From: a virus
Lineage: Duplodnaviria > Caudoviricetes
Strand: one strand, 5' to 3'
Virus record (IMG/VR): IMGVR_UViG_3300002092_000065
Coordinates: 1 to 47,883 of that record
DNA: 47,883 nt
Shown: positions 7,494 through 16,818 of the stretch, piece after piece
Layout: every line of letters starts with the position of its first letter
How positions within the stretch are numbered: the stretch's first letter is position 1
Program-made: the position numbers and the translations under genes
The notes under the pieces: model-generated
Databases searched by the model: none
Told to the model about the DNA's origin: nothing
What the model saw: the letters and a program-made list of their open reading frames with translations, nothing else

Positions 7494-7685
7494 ATGAAAG
7501 ATATAATTAGTGAATTTATCGGCTTGGTAAAAGCTGAGCAAGCAAGAATAGCGGAATCGTTAACCGCTGGTCACGCAATCAATTTTGAAACTTATCAACG
7601 TCTCGTTGGTAATCATCAAGGATTGCAAGCGTCATTGGATTTACTCAATGCGTTAATGACTGAAGATGACGAAGACCAACAATAG
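7494..7685 (+). CDS. hypothetical protein (helical, precedes GroES)
   Basis: 63 aa ORF in gene order. Confidence 0.7.
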   Translation: MKDIISEFIGLVKAEQARIAESLTAGHAINFETYQRLVGNHQGLQASLDLLNALMTEDDEDQQ

Positions 7686-7712
7686 AACTGTACAGTTTAA
7701 GGAGGGCGCCGA

Positions 7713-8156
7713 ATGGCTGCTTTTGATAGTAAGGCTAAGGACGAGCCAGATTTACGTTCAGAATTAGAATGTTTCCCAGAGGTTGATCCAGGTATTGAAG
7801 TGTTGGGTGATCGCGTGTTAGTTCAGCTACGTCGCGAAAAGACAACATCTAAAGGTGGGATCATCTTGGTAGACGAGACGACACAAACCATTAAGTTTAA
7901 TGAGACCGTAGCTAAGGTAATCCAAATTGGACCTTTAGCATACAAAAACCTAGATGACTTGTCACCTTGGGTTGAAGGTCCTTGGTGCAAAGTTGGTGAC
8001 CTAGTTCGTACAATTAAGTACGGCGGCGATCGGTACGTATACGACGCGGGTGACGATGGCGCTCCGGTTGTGTTTATTACACTACAAGCTCGAGAGATCA
8101 TTTCAAAAGTAAAATCTTTTGAACATGCTCAGAAAATGAAAGCGTTTGTAGATTAA
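7713..8156 (+). CDS. groES: GroES/Cpn10-like co-chaperonin
   Basis: LGDRVLV..TSKGGIIL..KVGDLV..KYGG; AAGGAGG RBS. Confidence 0.85.
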   Translation: MAAFDSKAKDEPDLRSELECFPEVDPGIEVLGDRVLVQLRREKTTSKGGIILVDETTQTIKFNETVAKVIQIGPLAYKNLDDLSPWVEGPWCKVGDLVRTIKYGGDRYVYDAGDDGAPVVFITLQAREIISKVKSFEHAQKMKAFVD

Positions 8157-8176
8157 CTTTGTATAAAGGATAGAAA

Positions 8177-9169
8177 ATGGCAGCAGATAAAGACGTTCCT
8201 TATAAGGAACAGGAAGATGGCTCCGTCTTAGCCAAAGTTGAAGAAAGCTCTCAAGAACAATTTGATTCTGAGCTTGACAACGAAAAAGCCGGTGGTGGGC
8301 AAGTAGAAGACCAAGACGAAGATGGTGAAGACCATCACGACGATGGTGAACAAGACGAAGAGCCCGGAGAAGACGAAGAAGAGCGTGAGCGAATTCGTGA
8401 AGCGCGTCGTGAAGAGCGCCGTCTTAAAAAAGAATTATCAAAACAACGCGATGCTACAGCAAAACATAAAATCAGCGCGTTGGAAAAGCGTAACGAAGAG
8501 CTTGCTCGTCGCCTAGCTAATCTAGAAAGCAGTGCAGTGTCATTTAAAATGGCGCAACTAGATAAGACACTAGAAGACGAAGCAACCCGCGTTGAATACG
8601 CAAAAATGAAAATGATGCAAGCGGCCCAATCAGGCAATGCTGCAGAACAGATTGAATATCTAGAGCAATTGACAGACGCTAAACAGCGTTTACAACAATT
8701 GCAACACTTCAAAAAGCAACAACTAGAAGTTTCTAAACAGCCAAAACAAAACGTTCCAAATCCAGTTACTAAAGAAGTGGAACAAAATGCCAAAGATTGG
8801 CTACGTAAGAATTCCTGGTTTGATCCAGAAGCTAGAGATACAGATAGTAGAATTGCCAAGGTAATTGATCAAGAGTTAGCCTCAGATGGATGGGATCCAT
8901 CAGATCCTGAATATTGGGATGAACTCGACAATCGTTTATCTGCGCGTTTACCTCACCGCTACACATCAAAAGGCGGTAATACTCAAAAACGATCAGCTGG
9001 ACCAACAGCATCGAGCCGAGTAGCAGCAGCGTCAGCAAAGCCAAACACAATCACATTAAGCCGTGAACGTGTTCAAGCGATTAAAGATGCTGGCGCATGG
9101 GACGACACAGACAAACGAAATAAAATGATCCGCGCATACGCAGCGTATGACCGCGCCAATAAAGGATAA
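8177..9169 (+). CDS. putative capsid scaffolding protein
   Basis: Acidic N-terminus, long coiled coil, W..KNSWF motif, position upstream of capsid genes. Confidence 0.65.
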   Translation: MAADKDVPYKEQEDGSVLAKVEESSQEQFDSELDNEKAGGGQVEDQDEDGEDHHDDGEQDEEPGEDEEERERIREARREERRLKKELSKQRDATAKHKISALEKRNEELARRLANLESSAVSFKMAQLDKTLEDEATRVEYAKMKMMQAAQSGNAAEQIEYLEQLTDAKQRLQQLQHFKKQQLEVSKQPKQNVPNPVTKEVEQNAKDWLRKNSWFDPEARDTDSRIAKVIDQELASDGWDPSDPEYWDELDNRLSARLPHRYTSKGGNTQKRSAGPTASSRVAAASAKPNTITLSRERVQAIKDAGAWDDTDKRNKMIRAYAAYDRANKG

Positions 9170-9174
9170 TACAA

Positions 9175-9729
9175 ATGGCTAATACTAGAATTAAACGAGA
9201 TTTAGACGACCGCATGGCTGAACGTGCTCAGGAAGTAATTGAGCGCTCAATGACAGCGGATCCGGATGATGTAGCACGTCGTGAACGCCTTGATGCGTTT
9301 AGAGACAAATGGCAAAATAGTGCGTTGCCGGACATTCCTGCAGGAACAGTGCCAGGGATGCACTTGTGTTGGTTGAGTACAACCAATTCATATGACAGTA
9401 TCGACAAACGTATGGCGTTGGGTTATGAGCCAGTTAAAGCCGCTGAGTTAGGTAAAGGCTTTGAAGGACTAGGCAAGATGAATTCGGGCAAGTTTGAAGG
9501 CTGTATTAGTTGCAATGAGATGGTTCTCTTTAAACTACCGGAAGACGTTTACCAAGAAGTGATGCGCATGTTGCATCTTGAGGACCCACTAGAGCATCAA
9601 CGTAATATTACAGCTCAAGTTAGGGAAACAGCCCAAGATCGAAAAGGTGGCAGATCTATGTTGGAAGGCGGTTTACTGGAAATGGAAAGAGAAACGAACA
9701 AAGCAAATAAAAATATCCGTTTTCAATAA
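9175..9729 (+). CDS. hypothetical head-region protein
   Basis: 184 aa, AAGGA RBS, synteny. Confidence 0.6.
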   Translation: MANTRIKRDLDDRMAERAQEVIERSMTADPDDVARRERLDAFRDKWQNSALPDIPAGTVPGMHLCWLSTTNSYDSIDKRMALGYEPVKAAELGKGFEGLGKMNSGKFEGCISCNEMVLFKLPEDVYQEVMRMLHLEDPLEHQRNITAQVRETAQDRKGGRSMLEGGLLEMERETNKANKNIRFQ

Positions 9730-9756
9730 TAACTTACACACAAAGGAAGGACTAAA

Positions 9757-10422
9757 ATGTCTGCAACATTTCAACCCTTTGGCCTGAAGCCTGTGTACCA
9801 CCCAAGTGGATTAGATCGCGCAACAGCATTTGCTGGCACGAACACATATACCACTGGTACAACATTCACAGCTCCATACTCATTGAGTGCTGGCCAATCA
9901 TTCTGGCAATACCAACCAGTTGCTATTACAACATCTGGTCAATTGACTATCGCTAACCAAACCGCTGGTTCTGGTAAAGTATTTGGCGTATTCGACGGTG
10001 TTGAGTACACTAACTCTGACGGTCGTCGTTCAGTAGCAAAATATGCTTCTAAATTGACGTTAGATGCTTCTACACAAATCATTTTCTGGATCTTCTCTGA
10101 CCCAGCATTGGTTTACGAAGCTCAAATTCACGGTTCAGCTACAACAGCTGCAATCGGATCTGAGTATAACTTTGACACATCAACAGGTTACACAACAGCT
10201 GACGGCTATGCTATTGGTGTTGGTGGCGCTGGCTTCTCTACTACTGCGTTGCTTGCAACTCCAGTTAGTACAGGCGCACAAGGTCAAGTTCGCGTAATTG
10301 GATTGGGTCGTGAAACAGCATTCCCAGCAGGTCAGTTAAATGCATGGGGCGATGCTTACACAATCGTTCAAGTACAAATCTGCAACAACGCGTTCGCTGC
10401 TCCGTCAGTAACAGTTAACTAA
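9757..10422 (+). CDS. putative capsid decoration/minor capsid protein
   Basis: PFGLKPV start, beta-rich G/T/A composition, directly before major capsid. Confidence 0.6.
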   Translation: MSATFQPFGLKPVYHPSGLDRATAFAGTNTYTTGTTFTAPYSLSAGQSFWQYQPVAITTSGQLTIANQTAGSGKVFGVFDGVEYTNSDGRRSVAKYASKLTLDASTQIIFWIFSDPALVYEAQIHGSATTAAIGSEYNFDTSTGYTTADGYAIGVGGAGFSTTALLATPVSTGAQGQVRVIGLGRETAFPAGQLNAWGDAYTIVQVQICNNAFAAPSVTVN

Positions 10423-10440
10423 TAACGAAAGGAATAAGCA

Positions 10441-11358
10441 ATGGCAACCCCAATGCGTAGTACGGACTTTCGTGCGGTAGTCGAACCGATTATCAACGAA
10501 GTCTTTGACGGTGTATATGCACAACGTGACGACGAGTGGAAAGGATTTGTAGAACAGATCCAAGGTATTCCACGTAACTATCATGAAGAAGTAATGCTCT
10601 TCGGTATGAACGCAGCTCCAGCGATGCCAGACGGTACTCCAGTAAGCTACGATCAAGGTGGTACTTTGTACATCACCCGTTTCATCTACCAAATCTATGG
10701 CTTGGCTTATGCTTTGACCAAAGTTTTGATGGAAGATGGTGATCACATCCGTATCGGCTCAACTTTCGCTAAGCACTTAGCTCAATCTATGATTGAAACT
10801 AAAGAAACACTTTGCGCTAACTTGTTGAACTTCGCGTTCACTTCAGGTTACGTAGGTGGCGATGGCGTTACTTTGATCAATACAGCTCACCCAATCGCTA
10901 ACGGCGGATCATACTCTAACCAGTTGTCTACAGCGGCTTCATTGTCACAAACATCTGTAGAACAAATGTTGATCCAAATCCGCTCAGCAGTAGACAACAA
11001 CGGTAAACGTATTCGTCTTAAAGCTGAACAATTAGTTGTTCCACCAGCACTAGAATTCCAAGCTGAAGTTATCTTGAAATCTGTGTTGCGTTCAGGTACA
11101 GCTGATAATGATTTGAACCCAATCAAATCAACAGGCATGTTGCCAAAAGGCACACACGTGGTAACACGTTTGAGCTCAAGCAAAGCTTGGTGGGTACAAA
11201 CTGATGCTGAAAACGGCTTGATGTTAGTAATGCGTCGCCCTATGGAAAAATCGATGGAGGGGGATTTTGAGACAGACAGCATGCGCTACAAGGCTACTGA
11301 GCGATATGCAACTGGCTGGCATGATGCCCGTAACATTTACGGTACCTCTGGTCTGTAA
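10441..11358 (+). CDS. major capsid protein (HK97 fold, Mu gpT-like)
   Basis: 305 aa, strongly biased codons, GGDGVTL..AHP, LVVPPALEF, DFETDSMRYKATERY; followed by terminator. Confidence 0.85.
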   Translation: MATPMRSTDFRAVVEPIINEVFDGVYAQRDDEWKGFVEQIQGIPRNYHEEVMLFGMNAAPAMPDGTPVSYDQGGTLYITRFIYQIYGLAYALTKVLMEDGDHIRIGSTFAKHLAQSMIETKETLCANLLNFAFTSGYVGGDGVTLINTAHPIANGGSYSNQLSTAASLSQTSVEQMLIQIRSAVDNNGKRIRLKAEQLVVPPALEFQAEVILKSVLRSGTADNDLNPIKSTGMLPKGTHVVTRLSSSKAWWVQTDAENGLMLVMRRPMEKSMEGDFETDSMRYKATERYATGWHDARNIYGTSGL

Positions 11359-11379
11359 TTAATTAAGGAAACTTAATGT

Positions 11380-11413
11380 AAAAAAGCCTGTCGAGAAATT
11401 GACAGGCTTTTTT
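11380..11413 (+). terminator. intrinsic terminator after major capsid gene
   Basis: AAAAAAGCCTGTC / GACAGGCTTTTTT hairpin with T-tract. Confidence 0.85.
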
Positions 11414-11427
11414 ATTTGTGCTAGAGT
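11399..11427 (+). promoter_or_regulatory. sigma70-type promoter embedded in terminator
   Basis: TTGACA 11399-11404, 17-nt spacer, TG-n-TAGAGT 11422-11427; ATG 6 nt downstream. Confidence 0.6.
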
Positions 11428-11433
11428 TTTATT

Positions 11434-11643
11434 ATGAAACGGATAAATCCAAAAACAAACAAGCCATTTAAACGCGGGGATATGCGTGAAGACGGATATG
11501 TATTTAGGCAGTATGATTTAACATATTTGTTACCTACGGGGTACTTTGCTGAATCTTGGACAAGACCCGCTAATTTAGAAGCTAATAGAGAACAAACTAA
11601 TAGTTTAACAAAAGCCAGATATCATAGATTAGTAAATAGTTGA
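11434..11643 (+). CDS. stand-alone GDxREDG domain (homologous to N-termini of the two HNH-like proteins)
   Basis: MKRINPKTNKPFKRGDMREDGYVFRQY vs MKRIDPQTGKPFMYGDIREDGYIFCQY. Confidence 0.65.
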   Translation: MKRINPKTNKPFKRGDMREDGYVFRQYDLTYLLPTGYFAESWTRPANLEANREQTNSLTKARYHRLVNS

Positions 11644-11644
11644 T

Positions 11645-12103
11645 ATGGCTAGAGATTTAGAAAACGCAAAACGATTAAAACGAGAATGGTATCTACGAAA
11701 TAAAGAGATTACCTTAGAACGCGCACGTCAGTGGGCTTTAGATCATCCAGAAGAAACAGCAACTAAAAAAGCAAGATGGCAACAAATAAATAAAGATCGA
11801 CACAATGAATGTAATCGCAATTGGAATGCCAAAAACCAAGATAAAAAGACAGCCGCAGAAGGCAAACGACGCGCAGCCAAATTAAAACGCACGCCAAAAT
11901 GGCTTACGCCCAGCGAACTTGAACGAATTCAGGCGCTCTACTCAATTGCCGCTATGTTCACACGAGAGTCTGGTATTGAACACCACGTCGACCATATACT
12001 GCCATTACAAGGAACCACAGTGTCTGGCTTGCATGTATATGAAAACCTCAGAATTATCACCGCAACAGAAAACTTAAAAAAGTCAAACAAACACGACATT
12101 TAG
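11645..12103 (+). CDS. HNH homing endonuclease
   Basis: RRAAKLKRTPKW..HHVDHILPLQG..VSGLHVYENLRII...NLKKSN. Confidence 0.85.
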   Translation: MARDLENAKRLKREWYLRNKEITLERARQWALDHPEETATKKARWQQINKDRHNECNRNWNAKNQDKKTAAEGKRRAAKLKRTPKWLTPSELERIQALYSIAAMFTRESGIEHHVDHILPLQGTTVSGLHVYENLRIITATENLKKSNKHDI

Positions 12104-12133
12104 GGCGTATTTTCCTTATCTTATGCATTAGTA
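12103..12133 (+). promoter_or_regulatory. phage-specific promoter motif copy
   Basis: GGGCG 12103 + N16 + TGCATTAGTA 12124-12133. Confidence 0.75.
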
Positions 12134-12135
12134 TG

Positions 12136-12227
12136 CTTAGGAAGAATCATCCCATTCTGACCGCCGACCTTCCCGGTGAGACGACTTAGAGACAGCTTGG
12201 GATAACCACTAAGATAAGGAAACTCAA
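12136..12227 (+). ncRNA. candidate structured leader RNA of virion gene
   Basis: ATCCCA/TGGGAT, CTG/CAG, CGCCG/CGGTG nested stems; CTTAG (12136 and 12185) can pair with CTAAG next to the SD. Confidence 0.45.
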
Positions 12228-12800
12228 ATGTCATCAACATTTACCACACCAATTCGCGTATTCAAACGCAATAACCCAACAAACAACGGCGTAATTGCTC
12301 CGGATAACACTGGCGCAGCACGTATTAGCCAACAAAGCTACATCACAAACCCAATCACAACAACTACAGGAACTGCAACGGTATTAACAACAGCGGACCT
12401 TGGTTCAACTACAGCAACACCATTTGTTTTACCAGCTGGCTCAATTCTTGAAGGTTTTGCACTATACCAAGACGTAGCGGCAGGCGGATTAGTTGGCGGC
12501 GTGATTACAGTAGCAATCGTTCAAACTAGCCCAACAGATGGCTCTTTGACAACTACAACTATTGGTACAATCACTCCAACAGCAGCTGGTGGTCGTATCG
12601 CTGGTGTGTTCACAGCTACAGCAGCTACAGCAGCAATCATCGAAAACATTGGCACATTGGATGCAACATTAACATTCTCTGCAGCTTCTGTAACTACATT
12701 GTCAAGCGGCTCATTGGGCGGCACAATCTCTGTAGATTACACAGCACGTAACGTTGATGGATCAATCACTGCCTACGGTTCTGGTTACACAAATAACTAA
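12228..12800 (+). CDS. virion structural protein
   Basis: T/A/G-rich beta protein, strong RBS, own promoter and terminator. Confidence 0.65.
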   Translation: MSSTFTTPIRVFKRNNPTNNGVIAPDNTGAARISQQSYITNPITTTTGTATVLTTADLGSTTATPFVLPAGSILEGFALYQDVAAGGLVGGVITVAIVQTSPTDGSLTTTTIGTITPTAAGGRIAGVFTATAATAAIIENIGTLDATLTFSAASVTTLSSGSLGGTISVDYTARNVDGSITAYGSGYTNN

Positions 12801-12809
12801 TTAATTGGC

Positions 12810-12831
12810 GGCGGGGCAACCCGCCTCTTTT
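12810..12831 (+). terminator. intrinsic terminator
   Basis: GGCGGG-GCAA-CCCGCC then TCTTTT. Confidence 0.75.
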
Positions 12832-12851
12832 AACATAAAGGACAATTAATT

Positions 12852-13646
12852 ATGGCATCGATTTTAGCAACAAATTTAACGGCAACTCCATATCCAATTG
12901 AGTCCATCTCTAAGATGGGTCAGTTTGAAAATTTTGAGCTTCAAGTGGCTCGAAATCAAATCATGGGGCACAGCGTTTTAAATATCTACGGATATCAAAC
13001 AGCAGTAACAACAGCATACATCCCATTATGGGAAGTGGCTTCTGCTTACACGTATCCAAGTTCAGCAATTACTATGTATTTAGCAGGAACAGCTGGGGAC
13101 ACGGCAAAAATTTTAATTCAAGGACTTGATGCAAATTACGTTCAAATCTCTGAAACCGTTACTTTAAATGGCGCCACACCAGTAGCAACAGTTAACCAAT
13201 ATTTCCGAATCAATGGCATGTCAGTAACTGTTGGCAGCTCTACAAATCCTGCAGGTGCAGTAACATTGAAAGATGTAACAGCAGCAACAACATATGCTCA
13301 AATTAACGCAGGTGTAGGAAAAACTCAAGCTGCAATTTACACAATTCCTGCAGGATACACATTTTATCTAAGCCGTATTGATGCTAATACATCATTTAAT
13401 GGTAACAATGCAAACTATGTAAACTATAGAAACTTGAGCATTTCGTCTACAGGCGTTCAAACATTAACTCAGCAAGCTCCATTCACTCAGTTGTATCATA
13501 CTCAACGAGTAATGCCTCGTGCATTTGCGGAAAAAACTGATATTCAAATTCAGTGTGCAACAAGCACCGGTACTGCTGCAGTTAACGTGGCTCTTGAAGG
13601 CTACTTGATTCAAAACGACGGTCAAGCACTTCCTTCTGTATTGTAA
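12852..13646 (+). CDS. virion structural protein
   Basis: 264 aa beta-rich; IQGLDANY..SETVTLNG..YFRIN motif. Confidence 0.6.
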   Translation: MASILATNLTATPYPIESISKMGQFENFELQVARNQIMGHSVLNIYGYQTAVTTAYIPLWEVASAYTYPSSAITMYLAGTAGDTAKILIQGLDANYVQISETVTLNGATPVATVNQYFRINGMSVTVGSSTNPAGAVTLKDVTAATTYAQINAGVGKTQAAIYTIPAGYTFYLSRIDANTSFNGNNANYVNYRNLSISSTGVQTLTQQAPFTQLYHTQRVMPRAFAEKTDIQIQCATSTGTAAVNVALEGYLIQNDGQALPSVL

Positions 13647-14281
13647 TGCCTGTTTACTTAGATACACGTGGTAACTCTGTCCTATCTGTGGCGATCTGTG
13701 ATCGCTGCAGTAGGAAGTTCCCGTATGTCGATTTAATGCCAGATCCAAACTTCCCTGGCATGCGAGTGTGTAAAGATGACTTGGATCAGTTTGACCCTTG
13801 GCGTCTACCGGCAATTCAAACAGAAAACATTACACTGCGCTTTCCAAGACCAGATACAACCATTGCAGTTGACCAAGTTCAAATGCAAACACAAAACGGA
13901 AATTCAATCTTCATTGAAGGTATTCCTCCATATTCTGGCCAACAAGGCGATTTAACAACGGGACCTGTAGCTGAGTATGGTAACGTATACGTACCACCGG
14001 TGCCACCACCTCCGCCAGCGGTAGGTAATCCTCCAAGTGTATTAGGCGTATTACCAAACATTGGAACTAGCGCAGGTGGGACAATTGTAACAATTCAAGG
14101 CATTGATTTTACCTATGCCACAAACGTGTCATTTAATCACGTACAAGTATCAAGCGTTATTGTATTAGATGATAGAAACATTGTAGTAACGACTCCACCG
14201 GGAATCGTTGGGCCTGCGGAAGTAGAAGTTGTTTCTCCGTACGGAATCGGCACCGGTGTGGGTATATTTACATACGTTTAA
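13646..14281 (+). CDS. CxxC-containing protein with Pro linker and C-terminal IPT/TIG (Ig-like) domain
   Basis: AICDRC..VC..D N-terminus; PNIGTSAGGTIVTIQGIDF..IVVTTPPG..FTY. Confidence 0.7.
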   Translation: MPVYLDTRGNSVLSVAICDRCSRKFPYVDLMPDPNFPGMRVCKDDLDQFDPWRLPAIQTENITLRFPRPDTTIAVDQVQMQTQNGNSIFIEGIPPYSGQQGDLTTGPVAEYGNVYVPPVPPPPPAVGNPPSVLGVLPNIGTSAGGTIVTIQGIDFTYATNVSFNHVQVSSVIVLDDRNIVVTTPPGIVGPAEVEVVSPYGIGTGVGIFTYV

Positions 14282-14299
14282 ATTAAAGAAGAATAGTAC

Positions 14300-16807
14300 A
14301 TGGATCAACCAATATCCCAACTACCGGTCGCCAATGTCTTAACAGGCAATGAGGTTACGGTAGTTGTACAACAGGGTGTAACAAAACAAACGCAAGTGTC
14401 TACACTTGCGAATGCTATTTCACCGGGTAAATTGGTTACCAATGTTCAACTATCAGGTAGCAACTTAGTATTTAATTATAGCGACGGCACTAGCTCGACA
14501 CTAGGACCTGTAACAGCATCTGTTACAATTGGTACAACAACGACATTGCCAGCCGGATCTTCTGCCACGGTAACAAACTCTGGCGACATCCACAACGCTA
14601 TCTTTAACTTTGGCATTCCACAGGGCGCCCCCGGATCTGCCGGACCTACTGGACCTACGGGACCCACGGGGCCACAAGGACCAAAAGGCGACACCGGAAC
14701 CGCAGCAACGATTGCAATCGGTGTAACAAACACAGGATCCCCTGGATCATCTGCATCAGTAACAAATTCTGGCACATCTAGTGCCGCAGTATTTAATTTT
14801 ACCGTTCCAGCGGGCGCAACAGGAGCTACCGGCGCCACCGGCGCCACAGGACCTGCGGGCCCGGGAGTTCCAGCTGGCGGTAACACAAACCAAGTGTTAG
14901 CTAAGATCAACGGCACAGATTACCAAACACAGTGGGTATCAATTGCCGGATCTGGTACAGTAACAAGTGTAAATGCCTCAGGCGGAACAACAGGATTAAC
15001 GTTCACTGGCGGTCCAATTACAGGATCTGGCACGCTTACACTAAGCGGCACATTGGGTGTTGCCAATGGCGGTACGGGCGCAACAACACTGACAGGGTAC
15101 TTAATTGGTAATGGTACAGGTGCATTTACAGCATCAACCACCATCCCAACAACCGCGTTAAGTGGCACAATCAGCAACGCTCAATTAGCTAATAGCGCAA
15201 TTACAATCAATGGTAACTCTGTGTCATTGGGAGGATCAACGACTGTAACAGCAAGCACAACGAGTTCATTGACAATCGGTACTGGATTATCTGGTACCAG
15301 CTTCAATGGATCAACACCTGTAACTATTGCAATTGATAGTACAGTTGCCACACTAACAGGTATCCAAACACTCACTAATAAGACAATTAGTGGTACTAAT
15401 AACACATTGTCAAATATTGGCAACAGCTCGTTAACTAATAGTTCAGTAACCATTGGCTCAACAAACTTATCATTGGGCAGCACATTAACTACGTTTGCTG
15501 GTACATCTATTAGTGGTTCTACTAATACACTAACAAACATTCCTAATAGCGCACTAACTAATAGCTCTATCACAATTAATGGGAATGCAGTAAGCCTTGG
15601 TGGATCAACAACAGTTACAGCAAGCACCACCAATACACTGACCATTGGTACGGGGTTATCTGGCACAAGCTTTAATGGTTCTGCACCTGTGACAATCGCA
15701 CTAGCTAACAGCGGAGTTACAACAGGAACTTATGGCTCATCAGCAGTCATCCCTGTGATCACAGTAAACGCACAAGGTCAGATCACAAGTATCTCAACCC
15801 AAGCAACCAATGCACCAGCATTCCAATCTACATGGAACGCAACAACTAACTCACCAACACTAACTTCAAGTGTTGGTACGCAAGGAAATTATTATGTAGT
15901 TTCTGTTGCAGGTAACACCACATTAAATGGTGTATCTGGATGGAACGTTGGCGATTGGGCAATTTTTCAAAATGGCGTTTGGGACAAGATTCCAGGATCA
16001 ACGACTGAGTCATTTACCAATTTAATTACCACTAACTTACAAGTTGGTGGATTGACTGGATACATGTATGCCAATAATACAACGGGTAATGTATCAGCAT
16101 CAACAACAATCCCAACAACTGCGTTAAGTGGCACAATAACAAATGCGCAGTTAGCAAATAGTTCAGTTACCATTGGGTCAAGCGTATTATCACTTGGTGG
16201 CACACTATCAACATTAGCTGGTGTCACAATTAGTGGAGCCACAAATACACTGACTAATATTGGTAACAGCTCACTAACAAATAGTGCCGTGACAATTAAT
16301 GGCTCGTCAGTGAGCTTGGGTGGTTCTGTGACAGTCACTGCGACTGCCACTAACGCATTAACCATTGGGACAGGATTAAGTGGTACAAGTTATAATGGCT
16401 CAACAGCAGTCACTATTGCCAATACTGGAGTGCTATCATTTAGTGCAGGTACAACTGGATTAACGCCAAGTACTGCAACCACAGGTGCAGTAACATTAGG
16501 CGGCACTTTAAATGTTGGTAATGGTGGTATAGGCGTTGCAACATTAAGTGGAATTGCCTATGGCAATGGAACATCAGCATTTACTTCGGCAACTGCTGCT
16601 CAAGTGGTCAGTGTAATTGGCTCAACCGCAGTAACAAATTCAACAAACGCTGCAAACGTAGCAGTAACAACTGGCGCAGCAACAACAAATTACATTAGTT
16701 TTCATACAGCAACAACAGGCAATTTACCAGTTTTAACCGATACTAATCTGACATATAATGCATCAACACATGCATTAACAAGCGGTATTAGTGGTGGTAC
16801 TTTCTAG
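14300..16807 (+). CDS. tail fibre with collagen-like G-X-Y stretches and internal repeats
   Basis: GPTGPTGPTGPQGPKGD, GATGATGATG; repeated TINGNSVSLGGS..LTIGTGLSGTSFNGS units; ends GGTF. Confidence 0.8.
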   Translation: MDQPISQLPVANVLTGNEVTVVVQQGVTKQTQVSTLANAISPGKLVTNVQLSGSNLVFNYSDGTSSTLGPVTASVTIGTTTTLPAGSSATVTNSGDIHNAIFNFGIPQGAPGSAGPTGPTGPTGPQGPKGDTGTAATIAIGVTNTGSPGSSASVTNSGTSSAAVFNFTVPAGATGATGATGATGPAGPGVPAGGNTNQVLAKINGTDYQTQWVSIAGSGTVTSVNASGGTTGLTFTGGPITGSGTLTLSGTLGVANGGTGATTLTGYLIGNGTGAFTASTTIPTTALSGTISNAQLANSAITINGNSVSLGGSTTVTASTTSSLTIGTGLSGTSFNGSTPVTIAIDSTVATLTGIQTLTNKTISGTNNTLSNIGNSSLTNSSVTIGSTNLSLGSTLTTFAGTSISGSTNTLTNIPNSALTNSSITINGNAVSLGGSTTVTASTTNTLTIGTGLSGTSFNGSAPVTIALANSGVTTGTYGSSAVIPVITVNAQGQITSISTQATNAPAFQSTWNATTNSPTLTSSVGTQGNYYVVSVAGNTTLNGVSGWNVGDWAIFQNGVWDKIPGSTTESFTNLITTNLQVGGLTGYMYANNTTGNVSASTTIPTTALSGTITNAQLANSSVTIGSSVLSLGGTLSTLAGVTISGATNTLTNIGNSSLTNSAVTINGSSVSLGGSVTVTATATNALTIGTGLSGTSYNGSTAVTIANTGVLSFSAGTTGLTPSTATTGAVTLGGTLNVGNGGIGVATLSGIAYGNGTSAFTSATAAQVVSVIGSTAVTNSTNAANVAVTTGAATTNYISFHTATTGNLPVLTDTNLTYNASTHALTSGISGGTF

Positions 16808-16818
16808 AGGATAAAATT

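Noticed and set aside
7686-7697. 12-bp palindrome AACTGTACAGTT before the groES RBS
   Set aside because: Single occurrence; not a CIRCE element; could be chance.
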